The notes under the pieces: model-generated | Databases searched by the model: none | Told to the model about the DNA's origin: nothing | What the model saw: only the letters and a program-made list of their open reading frames with translations | Assembly: GCA_003552565.1 (NCBI GenBank) | Contig: PUNB01000062.1 | Span: forward strand, 1 to 40,606 | Direction of reading: 5' to 3' | DNA: 40,606 bases | Origin: Lentisphaerota bacterium | Lineage (GTDB): Bacteria > Verrucomicrobiota > Lentisphaeria > Oligosphaerales > PUNB01 | Shown here: piece by piece, positions 8,507 to 16,771 of the stretch | Position numbering within the stretch: the first letter of the stretch is position 1 | Layout: every line of letters starts with the position of its first letter | Translations under genes and position numbers: made by a program

Positions 8507-9511
8507 TTACTCTTTTCCAGGCTCCCGGGTCATCAACTCTCGCACCGCCCGAGCTGGTTCTTTGCCTTCATACAGCACTTGATAAGTCTCTTCGACAATC
8601 GGCACCTCTATCCCCGCTTCGGCGGCCAGCCAGCGTACTCCGACAGCGGTTTTCACACCTTCCGCCACGGAATTTCCCATTTTTTCAGTCGCCTCAGCCA
8701 ATGACAGCCCCTGGCCGATCCATTCCCCGAACCGGCGATTACGGCTGTGCAGACTGCTGCAAGTGACTAATAAATCGCCTATGCCGCTCAGCCCGGAAAA
8801 GGTTTCCGCCACGCCTCCCAAACTGCGCCCCAGGCGCATCATTTCCGCAATCGCCCGGGTCACCAGCGCCGCCTTTGAATTGTCCCCCAGACCCAAGCCA
8901 TCCCCAACTCCCGCGGCGATGGCGTAAACATTCTTCAGCGCACCCCCCAATTCCACGCCGACAATGTCAACCGATGTATACACCCGAAAATATTCATTAA
9001 TGAAAATATCCTGAACACGCTTGGCGATCAACTCATCCGACGCGGCGGATACCACGGCGGCGGGCATCTTCCGCACCACCTCCTCGGCATGACTTGGACC
9101 GGAAAGAGTACATACCTCCACATCCCCCAGCGCTTGCCGTATCAGCTGGGAAGGGCGCAGGCAAGACTGCGTTTCGATTCCCTTGGCGACATTCACCAGT
9201 ACCGGCATGTTTCCGCCGGCTGCCCCCAGCCCTTTTAACCGCTCAAGCACCGCCCCCAAATACTGCACAGGGGTCGCCAGCACCGCCATTTCAGCTCCCT
9301 CCTCGGAAAAGGCTTGCCGTAAATCATCCGACACATTCAAGGAAGACGGAACTCGAACCCCAGGCAGGAATTGCCTGTTCTCCCTAAACTCCCGGATTTC
9401 CCGTGCCTGCTCAGAAAAGGCGCTCCACAAAGTCACCTGGTGACCATTGTCATGCAGCAGCAGCGCCAGCGCGGTGCCCCAGGAACCGTCGCCCAGTACA
9501 CTTATTCGCAT
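8507..9511 (-). CDS. gpsA: NAD(P)H-dependent glycerol-3-phosphate dehydrogenase
   Basis: Rossmann motif 'ISVLGDGSWGTALA', plus 'GALKNVYAIAAG' and 'SRNRRFG'. It lies immediately downstream of plsY, a conserved pairing. Confidence 0.93.
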   Translation of the reverse strand: MRISVLGDGSWGTALALLLHDNGHQVTLWSAFSEQAREIREFRENRQFLPGVRVPSSLNVSDDLRQAFSEEGAEMAVLATPVQYLGAVLERLKGLGAAGGNMPVLVNVAKGIETQSCLRPSQLIRQALGDVEVCTLSGPSHAEEVVRKMPAAVVSAASDELIAKRVQDIFINEYFRVYTSVDIVGVELGGALKNVYAIAAGVGDGLGLGDNSKAALVTRAIAEMMRLGRSLGGVAETFSGLSGIGDLLVTCSSLHSRNRRFGEWIGQGLSLAEATEKMGNSVAEGVKTAVGVRWLAAEAGIEVPIVEETYQVLYEGKEPARAVRELMTREPGKE

Positions 9512-10158
9512 GGTTTTTCTTTTCCTTTTCGGCTGAACTTATGCTCCGTACCTTTCAGAAGCCGCTGTATGTTTCCTCGATGTCGCCATATAATGAACAG
9601 GCTTAAAACGGTCAGAAGTATCAGAATCTGTATCTCCGTCCCGCCCTCATAATCCGGCTGCCGCCAGTTAACGGCGGTGAAATGAGCCATAGGCAGAACC
9701 GCCGCGGCACCGATACTGGCCAAAGAAACATAGCGGGAGATATGAAACAGCAAAAGCCATACCACGCCGCCCGCAAGGAAAGCCCAGGGAGACAGAACAA
9801 ATATAGCTCCTAAAGTAGTGGCCACGCCTTTGCCGCCATTGAAACCGAGCCAGATCGGCCACACGTGCCCAATCACAGCTCCCGCGGCCGCCGCCACCGG
9901 CAGCCAGGCTCCCCCCGGCAAAGCGCCATCAACAAATATTAAAACCACTCCCGTCGGCACGGCTCCTTTGCCGAAATCCAGCAAAAAACAGGTTTTCCCC
10001 CACTTTCCCCCAAGCACCCGGGTAAGATTGGTGGCCCCGACATTGCCGCTGCCGATCCGCCGAATGTCAACCCCTTTGAGTTTTCCCAAAAGCAAAGCGA
10101 AAGGCACGGATCCAAGAAGATACGCCGCCACAAAAGTAATAAAAATATTCACTGTCAT
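9502..10158 (-). CDS. plsY: Glycerol-3-phosphate acyltransferase PlsY
   Basis: 'AYLLGSVPFA', 'GSGNVGATN' and multiple transmembrane segments. I prefer the start at 10158 (MTVNIF...); the longer ORF start at 10179 is also possible. The gene overlaps the gpsA start by 10 nt. Confidence 0.88.
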   Translation of the reverse strand: MTVNIFITFVAAYLLGSVPFALLLGKLKGVDIRRIGSGNVGATNLTRVLGGKWGKTCFLLDFGKGAVPTGVVLIFVDGALPGGAWLPVAAAAGAVIGHVWPIWLGFNGGKGVATTLGAIFVLSPWAFLAGGVVWLLLFHISRYVSLASIGAAAVLPMAHFTAVNWRQPDYEGGTEIQILILLTVLSLFIIWRHRGNIQRLLKGTEHKFSRKGKEKPCE

Positions 10159-10249
10159 AAAAAACCTGACATCCCCCATGTTTTCCGCTTGAGTTCTTTT
10201 CGACCTTCTGTAAAAATGGCGACTTTGTCATTTCTGTCGGATAAGCGGG

Positions 10250-10521
10250 TCGCTTAAGTGTATCCGAGCAAGGGCAGCGGCGAAGAAAGCGATTAAGTGT
10301 ATTTGAACGCCTCTCTCTAAACACTTCAGCATCCTCTTAACCCCACCCTTCGTCTCACCCTTACTTGGTTACGCTTAAACCACTATCTTTATCGGTCAGT
10401 GGGCGACAAACATTCGCGACAAGGTTCTAGACAAGGTTAGGCCTATCCCATGGGATGTTGTGAATTTGCCCTGACACCTGAAAACTGACACCTGAAAACA
10501 CGAATCTCACATAATCCCGAA
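10250..10521. repeat. Mosaic repeat cluster between the kinase 3' end and plsY
   Basis: It contains 'CGATTAAGTGTAT' modules, a half arm 'CGCGACAAGGTTCTAGACAAGGTT', the palindrome 'TCCCATGGGAT' (also at about 5068) and the tandem 'CTGACACCTGAAAA' x2. A truncated core tail 'TCTCACATAA' abuts the kinase stop. Confidence 0.8.
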
Positions 10522-12651
10522 CTAATCCAGATAGTACAAAAAATCATCTATCGCGCTTTCCAGTCCCGGACTCAGTTCCACCGCTTTCCGGCTGTAGGCC
10601 CGGGCCCGCTCCGAATAACCATACCAATCAGCCAACAAAGCCAGCCGGAAGAAATCCTCGGCGGCGTCTTTTTCCGGGTCAGTCCCGAACATCTCGTTTT
10701 GCGGTGCGTCTCTCATCATTAAACGCTTCTCGGCGTAATGCTCGAAAAATTCAAAAAACTGCTCAATCGCCACGGTGTGCCATTGCAGCTCGCGTATATT
10801 GCCTCTGCCATCTGCCGGCCTAAATGCCAAGTGATGCTCATTGGCGAATGGAATAGTTCCGTAAATTCTAGTTCCATTCTCAAGGAGAATCCCTTCTTCT
10901 CTCGCTCTGAACGGAGTACGCATCAGCTGCCGCAAATAGCCGTGCATGCGACTCAAGCGTACAATACGTTCCTTCTCCAGCTCCCGCACACCTTCGGGAT
11001 TGCGCTGCACATAATCACGCAGTTCGTCCTTGTTCGCACCGAAATTCAGGCCTTCAGGATGCGGCCGCTTATCAAGTTCAGGCACGGGAACCCCCGCAGG
11101 TTCGAAATCACCATCTTCCTCGTCATCAACGTCCTCATCAAATAAAGCCCAAGGGTCTTCCTGCTCCTGTGCCTCCACAGGTTCCGACTCCTGCCATAGC
11201 CATGAAGGCTCTACCTCCGCACTCTCTTCACTGTCAAGCTCCTGCTCCGGCAGTTCATCCCATACTTTCGGCTCATCACGCCGAATCGGTCTTTCTTCCG
11301 TCTCGTCCTCTACTCCTTCCGGAGCTTCATCCTCCTCAAGCTCAGGCGCTATTGGTTCTTCTTCCGGAGGGACAGGTTCCGCTTCCTCCTCCACCCTTCC
11401 AGTACCAAAGAGACCGCTGTAAATCCTGTTCATTACCGGCTGTACATGCTCTAGATACCAAGTCTCCTCCTCCCGCGCCCCCCGCCAGAAAACCATCGCT
11501 ACCACAGCCAGAGCCGCCAGAACCGCAGCTCCGGCCGCCAGCCTTATCCTGCTTTGTCTACGCCGCCGCAGATACTCTTTTCGAGCCTTCTCACCCACCG
11601 CTCTTTGACTTAATGAATTACCGCGATTACCTTTCCGCAAACAGCGCCGAAGATAAACCGCGATTCTACTCTTCCTTACCGGCTCCTCGGCCGGCAGTTC
11701 CTGGCGTGTTTCCTCTAGAAAAGATATCACTCGATCACAACTGACTGAACGTTCCTCCGGCTTCAGCGCCAGCATGCGCAGGATAAACTCGTTCAGTTCC
11801 TCACTCACATCCGGACGCTCCTCGATCGGTTCTCCCGCAATCAGCAATTCGGAAACATCGTCCATTTCCATATCAATATCACCGCGTTTGCTGGAAAAAG
11901 GCGGATGTCCTGTCACCGCGAAATATAGACAAGCTCCCAGGCTGAAGATGTCACTTCGGTAATCACCTGCACTCCCCCGTAGCACCTCTGGACTGGCATA
12001 GCGCAAGTCCACATTCGACCCGTCGCCCTCACTATCCAATTCGGCGTCCGGGTCAATTCGGGCCATGCCGAAATCGCTTATCTTGACATCACCTTCAACA
12101 TTGAACAGAATATTGCGTGGATTAAGATCACCATGCACAACCCCTTCCCGATGCGCCGAGGCCATTCCCCGGGCTGTCTGGGCCATGCAATGAAGACAGG
12201 CGGAAATAGATAAAGGATACTCCCCCTTCACTTTGTCATACAAGGATCCGCCGGACATGTATTCCATGGATATGTAGTAGCGCCCTTCGAATTCGCCGCT
12301 GGAGAAAATCGGCACCAAATGAGGACTGTTCAGCGCCGCCACCCTTCTGGTCTGCTGGACCAGCCGCTCGCGCGCCCGCCGGCGCCTGGTCAGCTTCGAG
12401 CTGAAAATCTTGACTGCCACTGTTCGGTCAAGCTTGAGATCATTCGCCCGATAGACCGAGCACAGCTCCCGCTCCTCTATCGGCTCTTCCAACAGATAAT
12501 GACCGAACCGACAAGGTACGATAATCAGATTATCACAACTAGGACAATCCAATTCATCAAAAGGATCAAAATTGGAAACATCAAGCTTCTGCTCACAATG
12601 CGGACAGAATATCTTGACTTGCTTACTTGGTTTTGATTGAAGATCGGACAT
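10522..12651 (-). CDS. Membrane-anchored Ser/Thr protein kinase with N-terminal zinc ribbon and acidic linker
   Basis: The N-terminus has CPHC...CPSC. The Hanks kinase motifs are 'VAVKIF', 'HGDLNPRN', 'DFGMA' and 'ASPE'. A single transmembrane segment ('AAGAAVLAALAVVAMVFW') is followed by a ~130-aa D/E-rich low-complexity region and a ~190-aa C-terminal domain. Confidence 0.85.
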   Translation of the reverse strand: MSDLQSKPSKQVKIFCPHCEQKLDVSNFDPFDELDCPSCDNLIIVPCRFGHYLLEEPIEERELCSVYRANDLKLDRTVAVKIFSSKLTRRRRARERLVQQTRRVAALNSPHLVPIFSSGEFEGRYYISMEYMSGGSLYDKVKGEYPLSISACLHCMAQTARGMASAHREGVVHGDLNPRNILFNVEGDVKISDFGMARIDPDAELDSEGDGSNVDLRYASPEVLRGSAGDYRSDIFSLGACLYFAVTGHPPFSSKRGDIDMEMDDVSELLIAGEPIEERPDVSEELNEFILRMLALKPEERSVSCDRVISFLEETRQELPAEEPVRKSRIAVYLRRCLRKGNRGNSLSQRAVGEKARKEYLRRRRQSRIRLAAGAAVLAALAVVAMVFWRGAREEETWYLEHVQPVMNRIYSGLFGTGRVEEEAEPVPPEEEPIAPELEEDEAPEGVEDETEERPIRRDEPKVWDELPEQELDSEESAEVEPSWLWQESEPVEAQEQEDPWALFDEDVDDEEDGDFEPAGVPVPELDKRPHPEGLNFGANKDELRDYVQRNPEGVRELEKERIVRLSRMHGYLRQLMRTPFRAREEGILLENGTRIYGTIPFANEHHLAFRPADGRGNIRELQWHTVAIEQFFEFFEHYAEKRLMMRDAPQNEMFGTDPEKDAAEDFFRLALLADWYGYSERARAYSRKAVELSPGLESAIDDFLYYLD

Positions 12652-12814
12652 AAGATTATTGGGCTTTTTATCAAAACGAATAGGTTGCTAATAGTTTTTT
12701 CTTAGATTTTGTGGGTAACAGCAATGCATCATTTCTGAATGTAAATTGAAGCAAGCTGCCCACTCAATTTAAAAAGGAACCAGATTATTTACTTTAAAAA
12801 CTGGATGCTTAGCT

Positions 12815-13342
12815 TTAACCCGACTGAACTCCCCCGGTTTCATCCAGCGGTTCCGCAGAGGGGTAATTCTCCAGTTCATAATTAATCTCCCTCGAAGGCA
12901 TCCGCAGTCGTGTCAACCGCACTCCTGACTCGGCGAAAAACTGCTCTGCCAGAGTGCTGTGATAATTGGAGAAAACTACGACGGTGCCGATTCCGGCGGC
13001 GATAAGCGCTTTAGCGCAGGCAGTGCAGGGAAGATTGGTTACATACGCAGCGGCGCCTAAAACCGACACTCCATGCCGCGAAGCCTGAGCCAAGGCATTA
13101 ACCTCAGCATGATTAGTCCGTACACAATGATTGTCCACGATTAAGCAACCGACCTCATTGCAATGCGGCGCGCCCGGCAGCGACCCGTTGTAACCGGTGG
13201 CCAGAACATAGCGATCGCGGACAAGCACACAACCACAATGCATCCGCGGACAGGTTGAGCGTTCCGAAGCCAGCATCGCCAGTTTCAGAAAATACTCATC
13301 CCAGCTCGGGCGTTCCCAATCTTTGCTGCTGTTGTGTTTCAT
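12815..13342 (-). CDS. Deoxycytidylate (dCMP) deaminase, ComEB-like
   Basis: 175 aa with the zinc motifs 'HAEVNAL' and 'PCTACAK'. The size and layout match dCMP deaminase. Confidence 0.85.
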   Translation of the reverse strand: MKHNSSKDWERPSWDEYFLKLAMLASERSTCPRMHCGCVLVRDRYVLATGYNGSLPGAPHCNEVGCLIVDNHCVRTNHAEVNALAQASRHGVSVLGAAAYVTNLPCTACAKALIAAGIGTVVVFSNYHSTLAEQFFAESGVRLTRLRMPSREINYELENYPSAEPLDETGGVQSG

Positions 13343-13474
13343 TGCCGACTTATCTTAAGACTGAGCATTTTACATTTAATCATTTAGATTATTCCCCGCC
13401 TTCATAGTTCGCAATATAATGATGCATTACGATGTTAATCTACTTGGAAATCTCTGTTTAACAAGAGCTGCGAG

Positions 13475-14473
13475 ATGAAAAAGAACAGTTTTCCCGGGAA
13501 TGTGGAAATTTTAATTGTCGGCCCCAACCCGGCCTGGCAGAAGACCCTTGTGTTTCGCCGTCTGGTTAAAGGGGAGGTTAATCGCGCCATAGAAAGACAG
13601 GAAGCGGCCGGCGGCAAAGGAATTCATACCCTTTCAGCCTGCCGTCGCCTGACTCAGCACTCCCTGCTTTTCCAGTTTGCCGGCGGCGATGCCGGCAGGC
13701 GCCTGACTGAGGATCTGCAGCAGCGTCAACTCTCTCATCTAACTGTTTCGATTGAAGACGAGACCCGCATCTGCAACACCCTGCTTGATCTCGAAGATAA
13801 TTCGATGACAGAACTGATAGAACCATCGCCCCAGGTCGCAGAAAAAGAAATCCGCCAGGCCCGCCAAAAACTTGCCTCTCTGCTGCCATCCGTCAGCGTC
13901 CTGACGCTCTGCGGCACTATGCCCCGGGGCATAAACACAACTTTCTACAGTAAGCTGATTGAAAACTGCCGGCAACACGCCTGGATCGTGGTCGATTCAT
14001 ATCGAGAGCTTGGTCCAGTCCTGCAGCAAGCGCCGCACATGCTGAAAATAAATCGCCGGGAACTGACTTCTATGACCGGCGACAACAACCCCGATGAAGC
14101 CGCAAAAAGCCTTTTCCAGCAATTCAGCATCCTCTGGATCGCCGTCACCGCCGGAGAAAACAACGCCAGTTTTTACAGCCGCAACAATAAATGGATCTAC
14201 ACACTGCCGAAGATCGAACAGGTCATCAACCCGATCGGCGCGGGCGACACCGCCACCGGCATTCTTGCGGCCGAACTGTCAGAACTCAATCTTTCACCGG
14301 CCTCCTGTACTTCTTACTCATCGAAAAACTATAACTGTTTGTCAGCCGCCTTGGCAACAAGCTTCCGCCGCGCCCTGGCCGCCGCCTCCGCCTCATGCCT
14401 GAACACCCGCCCCGCCGCCTTCGATTTCGAAAAAGCCGCCGAAATTCAGGCACAAATAACAATGAAGAACTGA
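13475..14473 (+). CDS. PfkB-family sugar-phosphate kinase (1-phosphofructokinase / tagatose-6-P kinase-like)
   Basis: 'GGKGIH' N-terminal motif and 'NPIGAGDTATG' C-terminal PfkB signature. The substrate cannot be determined from the sequence. Confidence 0.7.
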   Translation: MKKNSFPGNVEILIVGPNPAWQKTLVFRRLVKGEVNRAIERQEAAGGKGIHTLSACRRLTQHSLLFQFAGGDAGRRLTEDLQQRQLSHLTVSIEDETRICNTLLDLEDNSMTELIEPSPQVAEKEIRQARQKLASLLPSVSVLTLCGTMPRGINTTFYSKLIENCRQHAWIVVDSYRELGPVLQQAPHMLKINRRELTSMTGDNNPDEAAKSLFQQFSILWIAVTAGENNASFYSRNNKWIYTLPKIEQVINPIGAGDTATGILAAELSELNLSPASCTSYSSKNYNCLSAALATSFRRALAAASASCLNTRPAAFDFEKAAEIQAQITMKN

Positions 14474-14492
14474 AAAAGACGGCCTTGCGGAA

Positions 14493-14677
14493 GTTTGCAC
14501 CGCGCGGGCGTTCGCCGCCCTTGTCTCCTCGTTACCGCGCGGATGCTTGGCCCCACTGGCTCTTCGTTGCCGCAGTTACCGCACGGGTGCCCGCCGGCCC
14601 TTAGGTCCCATTACCGCACGGGCACTCCTCACCCTGTTACCGCGCGGGCGTATTATTACGCCTTATTACGCCCGGCC
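14493..14677. repeat. Degenerate ~33-35-bp tandem array (core GTTACCGCGCGGGCG) ending in a GGCGTA-TTAT-TACGCC hairpin
   Basis: Five to six units are visible. It has the same orientation and the same terminal unit ('GTTACCGCGCGGGCGTATTATTACGCC') as the array at 16462-16742. Confidence 0.85.
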
Positions 14678-16405
14678 AGACGCCCGATCACACACCCGGC
14701 CCCTCGCCGGAACGGCTCCCAGCGGCCATCGCCCCCGAGGTTGATAATGACCGAAAAGAATGTCCGCCGCGGCCGCCAGCCCTTCATCGCGGGTTTGAAA
14801 AGTCATCAGCACCGCGTCCGCCTGATTGTCAACCCAAGGTGGATACGGTGTATTGGTTAAACTGACCACCGGCAGGCCGTGACCTTTCACCGCCCGAATC
14901 AATTCCGCGTTGTTTTCCTGGCTGCGAGCCGCCCAGTCAGTGACCGCTACAAGATCAAAACCAGGTTCAAAACGTTCCATGGTTCTTCTGATCTCATCCT
15001 CCGACGGATGCCATGAAATCGGCAAGTGCAGGATATTGCCGCTGTAAGCCATCAGCTTCTCCAGCAGCATGCCGTTGTGAACATATAAATCATCAGCCTG
15101 CATGCCGGTAAGACTATCGCAGAACTGCTCAATCAGAATAATCCGCGCCCCCTGAGGCAATGGCAGCAGCTCGGAGTTAAAACGAGCATAATTCGCCCCT
15201 TCATAAGCTAGGTCGCGAGCAGTGCTGACCACCTCCGGTTCGAAGACCGCCTTCGCCGCCTCTTTCGGTTCGGCTTTAGGCTTGTCAAAGATGCCGTACT
15301 CCATTTTCATTGACAGCAGACGACGATTGGCCTCATCCAGCCTGGATTCCGGCAAATCGCCGCGCCGAACCGCCTCGATAATGGCACTGTGAACCTGGCG
15401 GCATAAATTGTTCTCGGCTTTCATCAGAACCACATCAGCTCCCGCCGCCAATGCCCGCCAACAGGCTTCGGGTATCGGATGAAGCTGAGATATACCCTCC
15501 ATTTCCATGTTATCGGTTGTCACCACACCATCAAAACCAAGTTCACCGCGCAGAAAATCAGTAATAATAGCCGAACTGAGAGTCGCCGGCCGCCCTGAAG
15601 AATCAAGCGCCGGAAAAGCCGTATGCGCCAGCATGATGCTCGACAGCCATTGGCGGCCGCCCGTATATGGCAGTATTTCCCGTTCCATCAACAGTTTTTT
15701 TGAAACATCTATTGAAGTTACGGCATGGTGGGCATCCTGATCACTGTCCCCGCGCCCGGGAAAATGCTTGGCGCTGCCGATCACCCCCTCTTCGCGCAAA
15801 CCCTGCAGGAAAGCCGCTCCGTAATCCTTGCAGACCTCGGCTCTATCACTGAACGCCCGCCATCCGATCTCCGGATTCCTCCAATTGCTGTTGACATCCA
15901 GCACCGGAGAATTAACCCAGTGGATGCCCACCGCCCGCTGCTGTCTGGCCATGGCACGAGCGGCTCGATAAGCGCTGTCCGGTGAGCCGCAGGCTGTCAG
16001 TCCGACCTGGGACGGCATGAAACGAACACCACCCATGCAATAATTTGAAGACCGATCACCTTCCTGGTCACCAACGAAATGCAGGGGGATGGAATGCTCC
16101 CGGGCCAGCGCCAGATCCTGCAACTGATTTAGAACTTCGGCGTACTGTCCGGGCGAAGCGTAAGGAGCCGCCCGCCGCCAGCCATCGCGGGTCTCGCCGA
16201 CAACGCTCTGAGTCAACCGCAAACCGCCGCAATGTAATTTCTGAACCTGCTCATACACCAGCGGATACAGAGTTGTTCCGTTGAAACACAAAGTCAAAAC
16301 CTGACCCGCTTTCTGTTCCAAGCTCATACGAGACACCAGTTCCATCGCCGCTTTCTCCACTGTCGAACGATCCCTGATTAAATTTTTCTTAGCCTCCATA
16401 TACAA
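14666..16405 (-). CDS. Glycoside hydrolase family 3 protein (NagZ / beta-hexosaminidase-like, with C-terminal domain)
   Basis: 'LEQKAGQVL' and 'KHFPGRGDSDQDAHH' are GH3 N-domain signatures. The last ~10 codons and the TAA stop (14666-14668) lie inside a repeat array. Confidence 0.88.
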   Translation of the reverse strand: MYMEAKKNLIRDRSTVEKAAMELVSRMSLEQKAGQVLTLCFNGTTLYPLVYEQVQKLHCGGLRLTQSVVGETRDGWRRAAPYASPGQYAEVLNQLQDLALAREHSIPLHFVGDQEGDRSSNYCMGGVRFMPSQVGLTACGSPDSAYRAARAMARQQRAVGIHWVNSPVLDVNSNWRNPEIGWRAFSDRAEVCKDYGAAFLQGLREEGVIGSAKHFPGRGDSDQDAHHAVTSIDVSKKLLMEREILPYTGGRQWLSSIMLAHTAFPALDSSGRPATLSSAIITDFLRGELGFDGVVTTDNMEMEGISQLHPIPEACWRALAAGADVVLMKAENNLCRQVHSAIIEAVRRGDLPESRLDEANRRLLSMKMEYGIFDKPKAEPKEAAKAVFEPEVVSTARDLAYEGANYARFNSELLPLPQGARIILIEQFCDSLTGMQADDLYVHNGMLLEKLMAYSGNILHLPISWHPSEDEIRRTMERFEPGFDLVAVTDWAARSQENNAELIRAVKGHGLPVVSLTNTPYPPWVDNQADAVLMTFQTRDEGLAAAADILFGHYQPRGRWPLGAVPARGRVCDRASGRA

Positions 16406-16461
16406 ATACCTTCCCTGTTTTTTTATTATCTTCCGCCGCCGTTCATGGCGGTACTATGCCG

Positions 16462-16742
16462 CCGCTCGTTTACCCCGCTGTTATAGCATGGGGGCTTTTT
16501 CCGCCCGAGCGCTCGCCACCCTTGGCCCCTCGTTACCGCGCGACCGTTCGCCGCCCTTGGCCCCTCGTTACCGGGCGGGCGTTCGCCGCCCTTGCCCCAG
16601 TTTCCGCGCAGGCGTTCGCCGCCCTTGGCCCCTCGTTACCGGGCGGGCGTTCGCCGCCCTTGCCCCAGTTTCCACGCGGGCATTCGCCGCCCTTGGTCCA
16701 GTTACCGCGCGGGCGTATTATTACGCCCGGCTTCACGCCCGG
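16462..16742. repeat. Tandem array with alternating 35/33-bp units (68-bp higher-order period)
   Basis: The 'GTTCGCCGCCC' phase markers fall at 16511, 16546, 16581, 16614, 16649 and 16682. Alternating A units end in '...CTTGGCCCCTCGTTACCGGGCGGGC' and B units in '...CTTGCCCCAGTTTCCGCGCAGGC'. All frames are open because of the repeat. Confidence 0.9.
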
Positions 16743-16771
16743 TTGCTCGCTCGCCCCCGCCACTGCCGTCA

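Noticed and set aside
11030-11744. Long antisense ORFs (130 and 191 aa, S/P-rich) opposite the kinase gene. Similar antisense ORFs lie inside murA (7145-7744), ribD (5829-6427), gpsA, the GH3 gene and the SNF2 gene.
   Set aside because: They sit opposite strongly supported CDSs. Their low-complexity composition mirrors the GAA/GAG-rich acidic tract of the kinase, which is a typical shadow-ORF pattern.
10522-13342. dCMP deaminase next to a protein kinase as a possible nucleotide-depletion anti-phage module (compare the kinase-deaminase fusion dCTP deaminases)
   Set aside because: The deaminase is a standard 175-aa ComEB-type housekeeping enzyme. The kinase is a Hanks-type membrane protein kinase, not a nucleotide kinase. 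The two genes are separated by a 163-bp AT-rich promoter-like gap, so the adjacency is probably coincidental.
14493-16742. Possible CRISPR arrays at 14493-14677 and 16462-16742, given the regular ~33-35-bp periodicity
   Set aside because: The whole period is repeated (alternating A and B units), so there are no unique spacers. No cas genes or leader are nearby. The units are GC-rich degenerate satellites, so I classify them as tandem repeats.
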